This document shows positions 26,552-35,178 of a stretch of DNA of 40,651 nucleotides, one piece after another. The notes beneath the pieces were generated by a model that was given only the letters and a program-made list of their open reading frames with translations, was not told the origin of the DNA and searched no databases. A program made the position numbers and the translations under genes. The stretch is from an uncultured Clostridia bacterium. Its GTDB lineage: Bacteria > Bacillota > Clostridia > RGIG6154. The stretch covers positions 1 to 40,651 of the forward strand of contig CALXJH010000221.1 in NCBI GenBank assembly GCA_944388555.1, read 5' to 3'. Each line of letters starts with the position of its first letter. Position 1 is the first letter of the stretch.

Positions 26552-28284
26552 AAAAGCCGTTCAAATCGGTTGCCGTATGTTTTAAATACGACAGGTTATA
26601 CAGCATTCTGATTCTCATTAGTTTTATCATCTCCGGCGCAATACCGCCACTGGAAACGCTCATCTTAGAGCGTGTTTTGGTTTCAATACAACACAAAGCA
26701 TTTGCGCCGATACTGATTCTTATTTTGCTTTTGCCGCTGCTTGCGGGTCTTGCGGGCAAGCATTTGCTGAAATATGCAACGCTTAAGCTGAATAACACGC
26801 TTTCGGTTAACTTTGAATCGGACTATTTAAATCAGCTCATTCATTTGGAATATGCTTGTTATGAAGAGCCTGATATACGGGATGCCATCGCTCGCTTTTC
26901 CGCTCCGGCAAGCTTGATAGCCGATACATACATCACCCTGCTACGGCTGTTTAGTTGCTGCATTTCCATAGTCGGTTATCTTTTCGTTTTCTTCTCGGTT
27001 TCCGCTTGGACGCTCCCTGCAATTTTAGTTTTATTTGCAGTATCTGCAGCATTCGGATTAAGCGAAGTGAAAAAACTAAGACGGGTACAGGTCAGCCAAA
27101 CCGTAGAGCAAAGAAAGGCAAGCTATATCGGCAATTTGTTCACCAACAAAGCCACATTAAAAGAAATGAAATTATTTGGATTTTCGGATTATTTAATCGG
27201 AAGATTTCACTTACTCAGCGATAAGGCTATCAAAAAGGAACTTAAAGTTACCCGGAAAGGATTTTTGAACGGAATTGTTTCACAGCTTTTGAACCTGCTG
27301 ATTACGGCTGCAGGCATTTCTTTGCTGATTGTTTTGGCACTTCGAAAGGAAATAGAAATGTCCCGAGTTATCGCTCTTGCTACAGCTCTGCCGACTTTAA
27401 CAAGATACGCCGCCTGGCAAATTCCGCTGTCTTTGTCAGACATAAGCAAAAAAAATAATATATGGAAAGACTATGAGCTGATTGTAAGCTGCCCTAAGGC
27501 GAAGGAAGGGACAGTCGAACAGATAGAACATCCAGTCATAGAATTCCGCAACGTGTTTTTTACATATCCCGGGGTGGACAGCCCTGTCTTAAAAGGTTTT
27601 TCCGCAGTGATTTCGCCCGATGAGAACACGGCAATCGTCGGCATGAATGGGTGCGGAAAGTCAACCATCATTAAACTGATTTTAGGTCTGTACCAAGTGG
27701 ACAGCGGCGAAATTACAGTTGGCGGCATAACGCTTGAGCAGCTATCCTACAAAGCAAAAGTGTCTTTGTTTACCGCAGTATTCCAGGACTATCCGATTTA
27801 TCAGACAAGCATTGAAGACAACATTTTGGTTTCTGACAGCCGCATTCCCGCAGACAACGAAAAAATTTCCAATATTTTATCTCATACGAATTTAACGGAT
27901 ATGATCGAACGCCTGCCGAACGGACTGCACACAAAAATCGGACGCTTATATGCGGACGGAATCGAACTTTCGGGGGGCGAAGGGCAGAAAATCGCCATTG
28001 CACGAGGTCTTTATTCTTCAAGTAAATTTTTGATTTTAGACGAGCCGACAGCCGCTTTGGACCCGAAAACGGAAAGCCAGATTTATGAAAGCTTCTCCGA
28101 GATGTTTAAGCAACGCTCGTGCATTATTATTTCACACAGACTGGCAGTTGTCAAAATGGCAGACAAAATTCTGTTTGTGGAGAACGGACGCGTTAAAGAA
28201 TCCGGCACGCATGATGAGCTGATGCGTTTAAACGGAAAATACGCAAAAATGTTTGCTGCGCAGGCGCAGTGGTATATGAAATAA
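26536..28284 (+). CDS. ABC exporter half-transporter (TMD-NBD), pair 1 subunit A
   Basis: About 330-aa 6-TM domain, then Walker A GMNGCGKST, Q-loop FQDY, signature LSGGEGQK, Walker B FLILDEPT, H-loop ISHRL. Confidence 0.9.
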   Translation: MSDVLKKPFKSVAVCFKYDRLYSILILISFIISGAIPPLETLILERVLVSIQHKAFAPILILILLLPLLAGLAGKHLLKYATLKLNNTLSVNFESDYLNQLIHLEYACYEEPDIRDAIARFSAPASLIADTYITLLRLFSCCISIVGYLFVFFSVSAWTLPAILVLFAVSAAFGLSEVKKLRRVQVSQTVEQRKASYIGNLFTNKATLKEMKLFGFSDYLIGRFHLLSDKAIKKELKVTRKGFLNGIVSQLLNLLITAAGISLLIVLALRKEIEMSRVIALATALPTLTRYAAWQIPLSLSDISKKNNIWKDYELIVSCPKAKEGTVEQIEHPVIEFRNVFFTYPGVDSPVLKGFSAVISPDENTAIVGMNGCGKSTIIKLILGLYQVDSGEITVGGITLEQLSYKAKVSLFTAVFQDYPIYQTSIEDNILVSDSRIPADNEKISNILSHTNLTDMIERLPNGLHTKIGRLYADGIELSGGEGQKIAIARGLYSSSKFLILDEPTAALDPKTESQIYESFSEMFKQRSCIIISHRLAVVKMADKILFVENGRVKESGTHDELMRLNGKYAKMFAAQAQWYMK

Positions 28285-28297
28285 GGAGGGTTACGGA

Positions 28298-29008
28298 ATG
28301 AATGATTATTGGAAAAACCGAAAACTCCTTTGGAATACTTATAAACTGATTTTTGTTTCGCACCCCTTTCTTACGGTTTTTGAGGGGCTAACCTACCTAT
28401 TTAATGCGCTTATTGCCGGCATAATGCCTTTAGCGTGGAAAATGCTGTTTGAAGGTATCAGCCGTATTATAAGCGGTGCTTCCCTGCAGAAAATATGGTT
28501 TCCGATAGGTGTGTTTTTCGCCTTGCAAAGCCTTGAAATCGCTTTACTTTTGCTTAGCAGAATGCCCGACCGCGTGTTTGGATACCGGCAAAAAATAACC
28601 ATGAGTCTAAAAGAAAATTTGTGTGGTAAAGCATCTAAAATTCCTTTTATTGAATTTGAAAATGATGATATTTACAACGCTTTTATGCGGGCGGAAAAAG
28701 CCGTCAGTTCAAACACGCCCATACTTTTGTTAAACTACATGTATCAGACGCCGGCGCTGCTGATATCCATACTGACCATGACGGTTACCATGTGGACGTT
28801 CTCATTCTGGTTTGTTCTTGCGGCAGCCCTTTCCGTCCTGCCCGCAACAATTATTTACTGCAAAAAGGGAAAAACAACCTACAATTATCAATACGGTCAG
28901 ACCGCAAAACTAAGAATGAGAGATTATTTTCGGTCGCTGTTTTTGCATTTAAGCAGTGCCAGAGAAATGCGGGTGTATAATTCCTCGGGCTTTTTCAAAG
29001 ACAAATGA
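28298..29008 (+). CDS. ABC exporter half-transporter pair 1 subunit B, N-terminal TMD part (ends at an in-frame TGA)
   Basis: AGGAGGG RBS. 236 aa of TM helices only. TGA 29006-29008 is in the same frame as the ORF that follows. Confidence 0.75.
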   Translation: MNDYWKNRKLLWNTYKLIFVSHPFLTVFEGLTYLFNALIAGIMPLAWKMLFEGISRIISGASLQKIWFPIGVFFALQSLEIALLLLSRMPDRVFGYRQKITMSLKENLCGKASKIPFIEFENDDIYNAFMRAEKAVSSNTPILLLNYMYQTPALLISILTMTVTMWTFSFWFVLAAALSVLPATIIYCKKGKTTYNYQYGQTAKLRMRDYFRSLFLHLSSAREMRVYNSSGFFKDK

Positions 29009-29014
29009 CTGCGC

Positions 29015-30037
29015 TTGCAAAAAACAATCTGCAAAGAACTCCTGGAACTTTACAACACTCACTTTAAGCTAGATTTGCTTATTGAAAGCTTCAGGGTAAT
29101 CGGATACGGATTGGGAACGCTTTTATCCGTTGTTTTTTTCAGCATGGGGGCTATCTCAATCACTTCACTAGGTGCATGTTTAAAGTCTTTCGGATCACTG
29201 CAAACGACTTATGATTTGTTTTTAAACAATTTAAATTCCATGCAGGAATCCTATTTATTCTTTAACGATTACCTTGCGTTTATGAAAGTAAAAGAGGGAC
29301 CGCCCCAAAATTGTCATACGGCAGATACATTTGATTCGGTTGCCGCCGAGCACCTGTCGTTTAAATATCCGAATCAAACGAAAAATGCTTTGCATGATAT
29401 TTCTTTTTCGGTAAAGCAAGGCGAAAAAATAGCCATTGTGGGCGAAAACGGTTCGGGAAAAACAACACTGTGCAAGATTCTGGCAAATTTATATTCTCCG
29501 ACAGGCAAAATTTTATGGAACGGGCTTCCGTATAATCGTTGCAGTGTTTCCGCACTTTTTCAGGATTATGTAAAATACTGCGCAACCGTTAAATTAAATG
29601 TTGTGCTGAGTGACATTAAAAACATAGATAAGGACGCGCAAATTTCAAAAATCCTTTCCGAAAACGGACTTGGCAAACTGCCGCTCGACTTAAAACTGGG
29701 AAAAGAACTGGACGGAACAGAGTTATCCGAAGGACAATGGCAAAGACTCGCGCTTTCGCGCGCTGAATTTCCGAATTCGGAGATTTTAATTTTTGACGAA
29801 CCAACAGCGGCTGTAGACGCAGTTGCGGAAAGAGAGCTGTTTGAAAAGCTCATTAGCAATTCGGACGGCAAAACGCTTTTCCTCGTAACCCACAGAATCG
29901 GTTCTGCACGGTTGGCAGACCGAATTATCGTGTTAGAACACGGAAAAATTGCAGAAACAGGCACACACGAACAATTGATGAGCAATAGGGGAAAATACTA
30001 TGAAATGTTTAACGCGCAAGCAAAATGGTATGCGTAA
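29015..30037 (+). CDS. ABC exporter half-transporter pair 1 subunit B, C-terminal TMD part plus NBD (same frame as 28298-29008)
   Basis: Walker A GENGSGKTT, Q-loop FQDY, degenerate signature LSEGQWQR, Walker B ILIFDEPT, H-loop THRI. Joined, 28298-30037 codes for about 579 aa, close to its neighbours (582, 595 and 601 aa). Confidence 0.75.
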   Translation: MQKTICKELLELYNTHFKLDLLIESFRVIGYGLGTLLSVVFFSMGAISITSLGACLKSFGSLQTTYDLFLNNLNSMQESYLFFNDYLAFMKVKEGPPQNCHTADTFDSVAAEHLSFKYPNQTKNALHDISFSVKQGEKIAIVGENGSGKTTLCKILANLYSPTGKILWNGLPYNRCSVSALFQDYVKYCATVKLNVVLSDIKNIDKDAQISKILSENGLGKLPLDLKLGKELDGTELSEGQWQRLALSRAEFPNSEILIFDEPTAAVDAVAERELFEKLISNSDGKTLFLVTHRIGSARLADRIIVLEHGKIAETGTHEQLMSNRGKYYEMFNAQAKWYA

Positions 30038-30106
30038 AGATTTTGATAAGCTGTATTCAAAATATATATTTGTTTTTAAAAAATAGGCACATGGAAATAC
30101 AAAGGG

Positions 30107-31288
30107 GTGACAAGATTAATAGAGAACGAGGTTTATACTTTGCAAAATTTCATAAAACAAGAAAAAGTTCGTTTAAGTATGAATACAGATGAAATTGTGC
30201 ATAAATACAAGCTATATAATTTGGCTCCTGAAGATTTATTAAGCAGAGAGGCACGATTGTTTCGCGCGTTTACATGCAATATACAAATGCAAAAAAATAA
30301 ATTATTTTTAAGCGAATTAACCAATATAATGAAATTTGCTTCTTCTGATATGAAAATCGTTTTATTTAAAGGCCTTTCTTTAGCCTATAACTATTATACT
30401 AATCCGGAGGAAAGGTTGTTTAACGATGTAGATATTTTTACGCACGATGTTAATAAAGTTATAAATCTTTTGATTTCACAAGGGTATAGCCTCGAAAAGC
30501 AATATAAAAGTAGGTACTATTTATATATGGGAGAGTGTTACGAGCCTGATTCTAATGGATATTTTAATAAGTTAAACTTGAATCACATTGAGTGCTATAA
30601 AGACGTAAATAATATGTGTATTGTGATAGAGATTCATAAGAATATATTAAACAAGTTGCGTTATCCGGATGTAAATCAAGACGAAATTTACGAAAGATGT
30701 ACATCTAATTTTCTTGATATAAATGCAGTGTTTGAACTTGAAAAACACGATTTATTGCTTTACCAGGTATGTCACTTTAGTACGCATTTGTGTGCATATA
30801 TGTCATATATTGACAAAGATCGTTTGGAAACACTTCCTTCCATTCCGATCAGATATATTCACGATATAATGTATGAAGTGGAAAGCTGGATTATTCATTG
30901 TCTTGATTGCACTGTTTTACATAGTGCTGGTGTCCGGCTTTGTGGGAAGAACATTGCTTTAATTGGTCAAAGTATGTCTGGAAAGTCAACATTGACGCAC
31001 TATTTATGTAAGCGAGAAGATGGAAAATATTTTGATGATGACTGCATTTATTTACACAAAAATAAAGTATGGGGATTTAATTTTCCAATGGCTCTTCGTG
31101 CACTCCATGATAATTGCCAGGGAGTTATTGGGTATACTGATGATGCAGTAATGAAAAACCGTTGTTTGATAGATATAGATAACAAGATTCAATCATCAGG
31201 AAAAATGACATTGTTCTTTTTCCCCATTATAATAAATTTGGTGAAAATACTATTGATAAAGTTTCAACAAGCAATTTGTATGTGTTGA
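30107..31288 (+). CDS. Fusion protein: PF14907-like nucleotidyltransferase domain plus HPr-kinase-like P-loop domain (C-terminus frame-broken)
   Basis: N-domain VLFKGLSLAYNYYTNPEERLFNDVDIF (DVD at 30425-30433). C-domain LHSAGVRLCGKNIALIGQSMSGKSTL (Walker A 30965-30991) and FDDDCIYL. The start is uncertain (GTG 30107 or ATG 30179). The in-frame tail after FFFP looks like nonsense. Confidence 0.8.
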   Translation: MTRLIENEVYTLQNFIKQEKVRLSMNTDEIVHKYKLYNLAPEDLLSREARLFRAFTCNIQMQKNKLFLSELTNIMKFASSDMKIVLFKGLSLAYNYYTNPEERLFNDVDIFTHDVNKVINLLISQGYSLEKQYKSRYYLYMGECYEPDSNGYFNKLNLNHIECYKDVNNMCIVIEIHKNILNKLRYPDVNQDEIYERCTSNFLDINAVFELEKHDLLLYQVCHFSTHLCAYMSYIDKDRLETLPSIPIRYIHDIMYEVESWIIHCLDCTVLHSAGVRLCGKNIALIGQSMSGKSTLTHYLCKREDGKYFDDDCIYLHKNKVWGFNFPMALRALHDNCQGVIGYTDDAVMKNRCLIDIDNKIQSSGKMTLFFFPIIINLVKILLIKFQQAICMC

Positions 31289-31428
31289 TTTTAAACAATA
31301 TTAGACATAAGAAGAATATGGCTACATTATATTCAGATGTGGGAAATATTGTTTCTAAGGCTAGAGGTTACAGTTTATTTTATACTAATACGGAAAACGC
31401 TATGCACTTAATTAAAAGCATATTATAA
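31183..31428 (+). pseudogene. -1-frame continuation encoding the expected C-terminus of the HprK-like domain
   Basis: The -1 frame is open from 31183 and reads ...LFPHYNKFGENTIDKVSTSNLYVLILNN...ARGYSLFYTNTENAMHLIKSIL-stop (31426-31428). This fits the family's C-terminal pattern. One extra base in the T5C4 run at 31217-31225 would join the frames. Confidence 0.55.
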
Positions 31429-31487
31429 GCGCTAACAATAATAAAGAAAGAAAGAACTACAAAAAAGGAATCGGTGAATTATAAGCA

Positions 31488-33275
31488 ATGGACAACAGGC
31501 ATATTTTTAACAACTTAATATATATAGCTAAAAATTGGATTCGGTGGGATAAAAAGGGCACAATTGTCGCTTTCTTAAAAATTCCGGTTGCAATTTTAAT
31601 CCCGATTGTTACAGCTTTTTTTAACAAAACATTTGTTGAACTTATAGCAAATAAGGCAAGTGCAGAAGTATTTATTGCGATTTTGGGTTCGGTTTTCCTA
31701 TTAACGGCTGTGCTGAATTGGCTTTTGCATTTGATAACCGAAAAAACGGAGGTATTTCAGCTTAACATCAGTATTCATTATGCAATTGAAGCGTTTGAAA
31801 AACTTTTGAAAATGGATTATGAGCTTTTAGAGAGCTACGATGGACGCGCAAAATTTGACCGCTGCCGCCGGTTTGCGCTTGAAGGCAGCAATTCGGATGG
31901 TGCGTGGGCAGTTGTAAGACTGATAGGTCTTTCGCAAAGTTTGTTCGGAATTTTAACCTATGCATCCATTCTAAGCGTGATACATCCTTTGCTGGTTCTT
32001 GTTATTTTAGTAACTTGCGCACTAGAATCGGCTACATACCATTTCATCAATAAAATTGCTGCCGAAACGGAAGACAAAATGGTAGAAAGCGAAATGAAAT
32101 TTTCTTATTTTTTTCGTTTGGCAACCGATTCAGAAAAAGGAAAGGATATTCGCTTGACCGGGGCGGCGGCATGGCTTAAGCGAACGTTAAACAAGAGCAT
32201 TTTAGCATATTTAAAAATCATGCATAAATTTACCACTGAAACAACACAGTTGACCGTTTTACAAGCCTTGTGCGCCATGGTACGGGACGCAGCAATATTC
32301 GGATTTTTGATTTGGAGTGTGCTGATGAAAACGATTGCCGTTTCGGATTTTGTATTCTGCTTTGAACTTGCGGCAGGATTTTCGGTTTGGATTAACGGCG
32401 TTGCCGGACATGTGGCAAGTCTGAAACGTATATCAATTGAATGCGGCAAATATTGTGAATTTATGGCGTTAGATAAGAAAGCAACCGAAAAAAAACAAAT
32501 TTTGCGGAATGAAGAGATTAAAAGTGTTGAATTCCGCGATGTATGCTTCGGTTACGAAGAAAACAATATGGTTTTAAAACATATCAGTTTTACCATAAAA
32601 AAGGGCGAACGTATTGCTGTGGTAGGCGAAAACGGAGCAGGTAAAACGACGCTGATAAAATTGCTATGCGGCCTTTATACGCCCACATCGGGGCAAATTT
32701 TAATAAATGGGCATGATTTGAGGTGTTTAGATGTAAAAGATTATTTTAGCCGACTGTCCGTTTTGTTTCAGGACTATACATTGCTCCCGATGAGCATAGC
32801 GGAAAATATCACGCTTTCACATAAATACAGCCGGCAAAAAGTGGATAAGGTTTTAGAGAAGGTCGGACTTACAAAGAAAATTGAAAAATTAAAGAACGGT
32901 CTTGACACAAAGTTAGGGCAGCAGTTAAATGAGCAAACTGTCTCTCTTTCGGGTGGGGAGCTGCAAAGACTGCTTTTTGCCAGAGCACTTTATAAGGATT
33001 CGCCGATTTTGATTTTGGACGAACCTACGGCCGCGCTTGACCCGCTCGCGGAGGAGGCCCTTTATTTACAGTATTTCGGGCTGACGAAAGAAAAAATATC
33101 GGTTTTTATTTCGCACAGACTGAACTCTACAAAATTCAGCGACAAAATCTTGTTTATGTGTGATGGTGAAATCGCGGAACAAGGGACTCATGAAGATCTG
33201 ATGGCGCTTCGCGGAAGGTATTGGGATATGTATAATGTACAAGGCTTTTACTATCGGGAGGAGAGTGCGATATGA
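31488..33275 (+). CDS. ABC exporter half-transporter (TMD-NBD), pair 2 subunit A
   Basis: Walker A GENGAGKTT, FQDY, LSGGELQR, ILILDEPT, ISHRL. Confidence 0.9.
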   Translation: MDNRHIFNNLIYIAKNWIRWDKKGTIVAFLKIPVAILIPIVTAFFNKTFVELIANKASAEVFIAILGSVFLLTAVLNWLLHLITEKTEVFQLNISIHYAIEAFEKLLKMDYELLESYDGRAKFDRCRRFALEGSNSDGAWAVVRLIGLSQSLFGILTYASILSVIHPLLVLVILVTCALESATYHFINKIAAETEDKMVESEMKFSYFFRLATDSEKGKDIRLTGAAAWLKRTLNKSILAYLKIMHKFTTETTQLTVLQALCAMVRDAAIFGFLIWSVLMKTIAVSDFVFCFELAAGFSVWINGVAGHVASLKRISIECGKYCEFMALDKKATEKKQILRNEEIKSVEFRDVCFGYEENNMVLKHISFTIKKGERIAVVGENGAGKTTLIKLLCGLYTPTSGQILINGHDLRCLDVKDYFSRLSVLFQDYTLLPMSIAENITLSHKYSRQKVDKVLEKVGLTKKIEKLKNGLDTKLGQQLNEQTVSLSGGELQRLLFARALYKDSPILILDEPTAALDPLAEEALYLQYFGLTKEKISVFISHRLNSTKFSDKILFMCDGEIAEQGTHEDLMALRGRYWDMYNVQGFYYREESAI

Positions 33276-35077
33276 AAAAAAGTAATTTCCGGCGTGCTCT
33301 TGCATACATACATTCATATAAAAAAAGCGCTGTACTGACAGCGGTATTTACTGCAATTCTGCGGGCAATAACGCCGTATATATACATTTTTGCTACGGCA
33401 AAAATTATCAATCTGCTGATGAAAAATGCCGACTTAAAAAGTGTTTTATTTGTTGCAGGTTTTGCAGTTATTGCTCAAATGTTGCTTTCCGTTTTAAAAT
33501 ATTGGCTTGAAAACTTACATCTGGAAAATCAGGATGGACTGAACGCATATGAGAAAACGCAAATTACCAAGGCGCTTTTGGATATTGATTATAATCGGTT
33601 TGAAGGCACTTTTTTAGAACAAAAAGTTCTTCAGCACCGTGATGAACTTTCACGCGAAGGCGGTATCTTAAATAAGTATATCAATAGCATTGAAAACTTT
33701 TTAGAATCGGCTTTAAGTCTTTCTGTTGCGCTGATTTCGCTGGTTCCTTTCTTTAAAAGTTTTATTATTGCCGGCGAAACAGGGGTTATTGATTCTATGT
33801 GGTTTGGGATTATTCTAATTGTTTTAACCCTTGTTTTTGTACTTTTGCTCCTTGCGTTAAAGGGTAAAATTGCAGAAGGAAATGTTTTGCTGCGCAACAA
33901 ATACGCAAAGCATAATTTGATCTTTTCTTATTATAACGATTTTGTTTGCAATTATAAAACAGGAAAAGAAATACGGATTTTTAACCAGGCACCGATTATA
34001 CTGGAACAGATAAACAGCGAAATGTTTAAAAAAGGCGTCCCTCTGCAGCAAAAAATTGCTGACAGAAACAGTTGGACCTTAGCGCTTGATGACTTGATTT
34101 CTGCGGCTATTCTGTTTGCCTTTTCGCTGCTCGCCGGAATAAAATGTGCGGGCGGGTTTTATGCTGTTGGAGATGCTGTCGCTTATATCGCGTGCTTTAC
34201 ACAGGTGACAAAAGCGCTGAGCACACTTACCGGAATGTATGGTAATTGGAAAATTTTATCACCGCGTACTGAGCTCTACAACAGCATTTTAGAAATGGCA
34301 AAAACGGAAAACAAGCAAACTGTTCGCTGCCCTAAGCTATTGGAACAAATTCAATTTGAAAATGTTAATTTTTCTTATGAAGGCGCAGACCATCTTGCAT
34401 TACGGAATTTCAGCCTAACAATTCATGCAGGCGAAAAAATTGCGGTCGTCGGCGAAAACGGTTCGGGCAAAACAACGTTTGTAAAGCTCCTTTGCGGTTT
34501 GCATGCGCCAAACAGCGGGCAGATTTTGTTGAACGATACAGACATTTCATCGTTTGACAAAACCGAATATCAGAATTTATTCTCCGTGGTTTTTCAGGAT
34601 TCCTATTTGTTTTCCTTGCCTTTGGGCGAAAATATTGCGGTGAACGAAAAATTTGACGATAACCGCGTTAAAACGTGTTTGGAGCAAGTTGGTTTTACAA
34701 AAAAATACGGCTTAAATACAGTGCTTTACCGCGATTGTGATAAGTGCGGCGTAAATATTTCGGGCGGCGAGGCGCAAAAATTAACGCTGGCACGCGCTCT
34801 TTACCGAAATAAGCCTGTAATCGTGTTGGACGAGCCGACCTCGGCGCTTGACCCGTACGCCGAATTTGAACTTTATAGACAGTTTTCTAAATTGACAAGC
34901 GGGAAAACGGCAATTTATATTTCACATCGCCTGTCAAGCTGTCGGTTTTGTGATAAAATTGCAGTGTTTCATCATGGTGAACTTGTTCAATTCGGAACAC
35001 ATGATGAACTGATGCAGAATGAATCGGGTAAGTATTACGCGCTTTGGACCGCGCAGGCTAAATATTATAGTTTGTAA
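33272..35077 (+). CDS. ABC exporter half-transporter (TMD-NBD), pair 2 subunit B
   Basis: ATGA overlap with the previous gene. GGGAGGAG RBS. Walker A GENGSGKTT, FQDS, ISGGEAQK, VIVLDEPT, ISHRL. Confidence 0.9.
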   Translation: MKKSNFRRALAYIHSYKKSAVLTAVFTAILRAITPYIYIFATAKIINLLMKNADLKSVLFVAGFAVIAQMLLSVLKYWLENLHLENQDGLNAYEKTQITKALLDIDYNRFEGTFLEQKVLQHRDELSREGGILNKYINSIENFLESALSLSVALISLVPFFKSFIIAGETGVIDSMWFGIILIVLTLVFVLLLLALKGKIAEGNVLLRNKYAKHNLIFSYYNDFVCNYKTGKEIRIFNQAPIILEQINSEMFKKGVPLQQKIADRNSWTLALDDLISAAILFAFSLLAGIKCAGGFYAVGDAVAYIACFTQVTKALSTLTGMYGNWKILSPRTELYNSILEMAKTENKQTVRCPKLLEQIQFENVNFSYEGADHLALRNFSLTIHAGEKIAVVGENGSGKTTFVKLLCGLHAPNSGQILLNDTDISSFDKTEYQNLFSVVFQDSYLFSLPLGENIAVNEKFDDNRVKTCLEQVGFTKKYGLNTVLYRDCDKCGVNISGGEAQKLTLARALYRNKPVIVLDEPTSALDPYAEFELYRQFSKLTSGKTAIYISHRLSSCRFCDKIAVFHHGELVQFGTHDELMQNESGKYYALWTAQAKYYSL

Positions 35078-35178
35078 ATTAAAAAAAGATTTTGACTCAT
35101 TGTATATAAAATTTTCAGACAGTCTTTATCAAGATGGAAAAATCAGCTTTTCATAAATCAACGAAAAGAGACAATCAT

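Noticed and set aside
29006-29008. The in-frame TGA might reflect an alternative genetic code (TGA = Trp or Gly) or selenocysteine.
   Set aside because: TGA clearly terminates other well-supported genes here (stops at 11526-11528, 23147-23149 and 23532-23534). I saw no SECIS-like hairpin immediately downstream.
30091-30192. A 33-aa Lys/Arg-rich ORF (MEIQRGDKINRERGLYFAKFHKTRKSSFKYEYR) overlaps the start of the fusion gene.
   Set aside because: It has no RBS and an out-of-frame overlap with a supported CDS. Its composition is typical of an alternative-frame reading of AT-rich DNA.
31319-31428. A 36-aa ORF (MATLYSDVGNIVSKARGYSLFYTNTENAMHLIKSIL) might be a precursor peptide.
   Set aside because: Its frame is open upstream to 31183 and reads as the natural C-terminus of the HprK-like domain. 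It has no SD. It is better explained as the displaced end of the fusion gene.
26041-35077. The island might be a conventional lasso-peptide gene cluster.
   Set aside because: None of the seven ORFs is an asparagine-synthetase-like cyclase or a transglutaminase-like leader protease. Only the tailoring-type and export-type genes are present.
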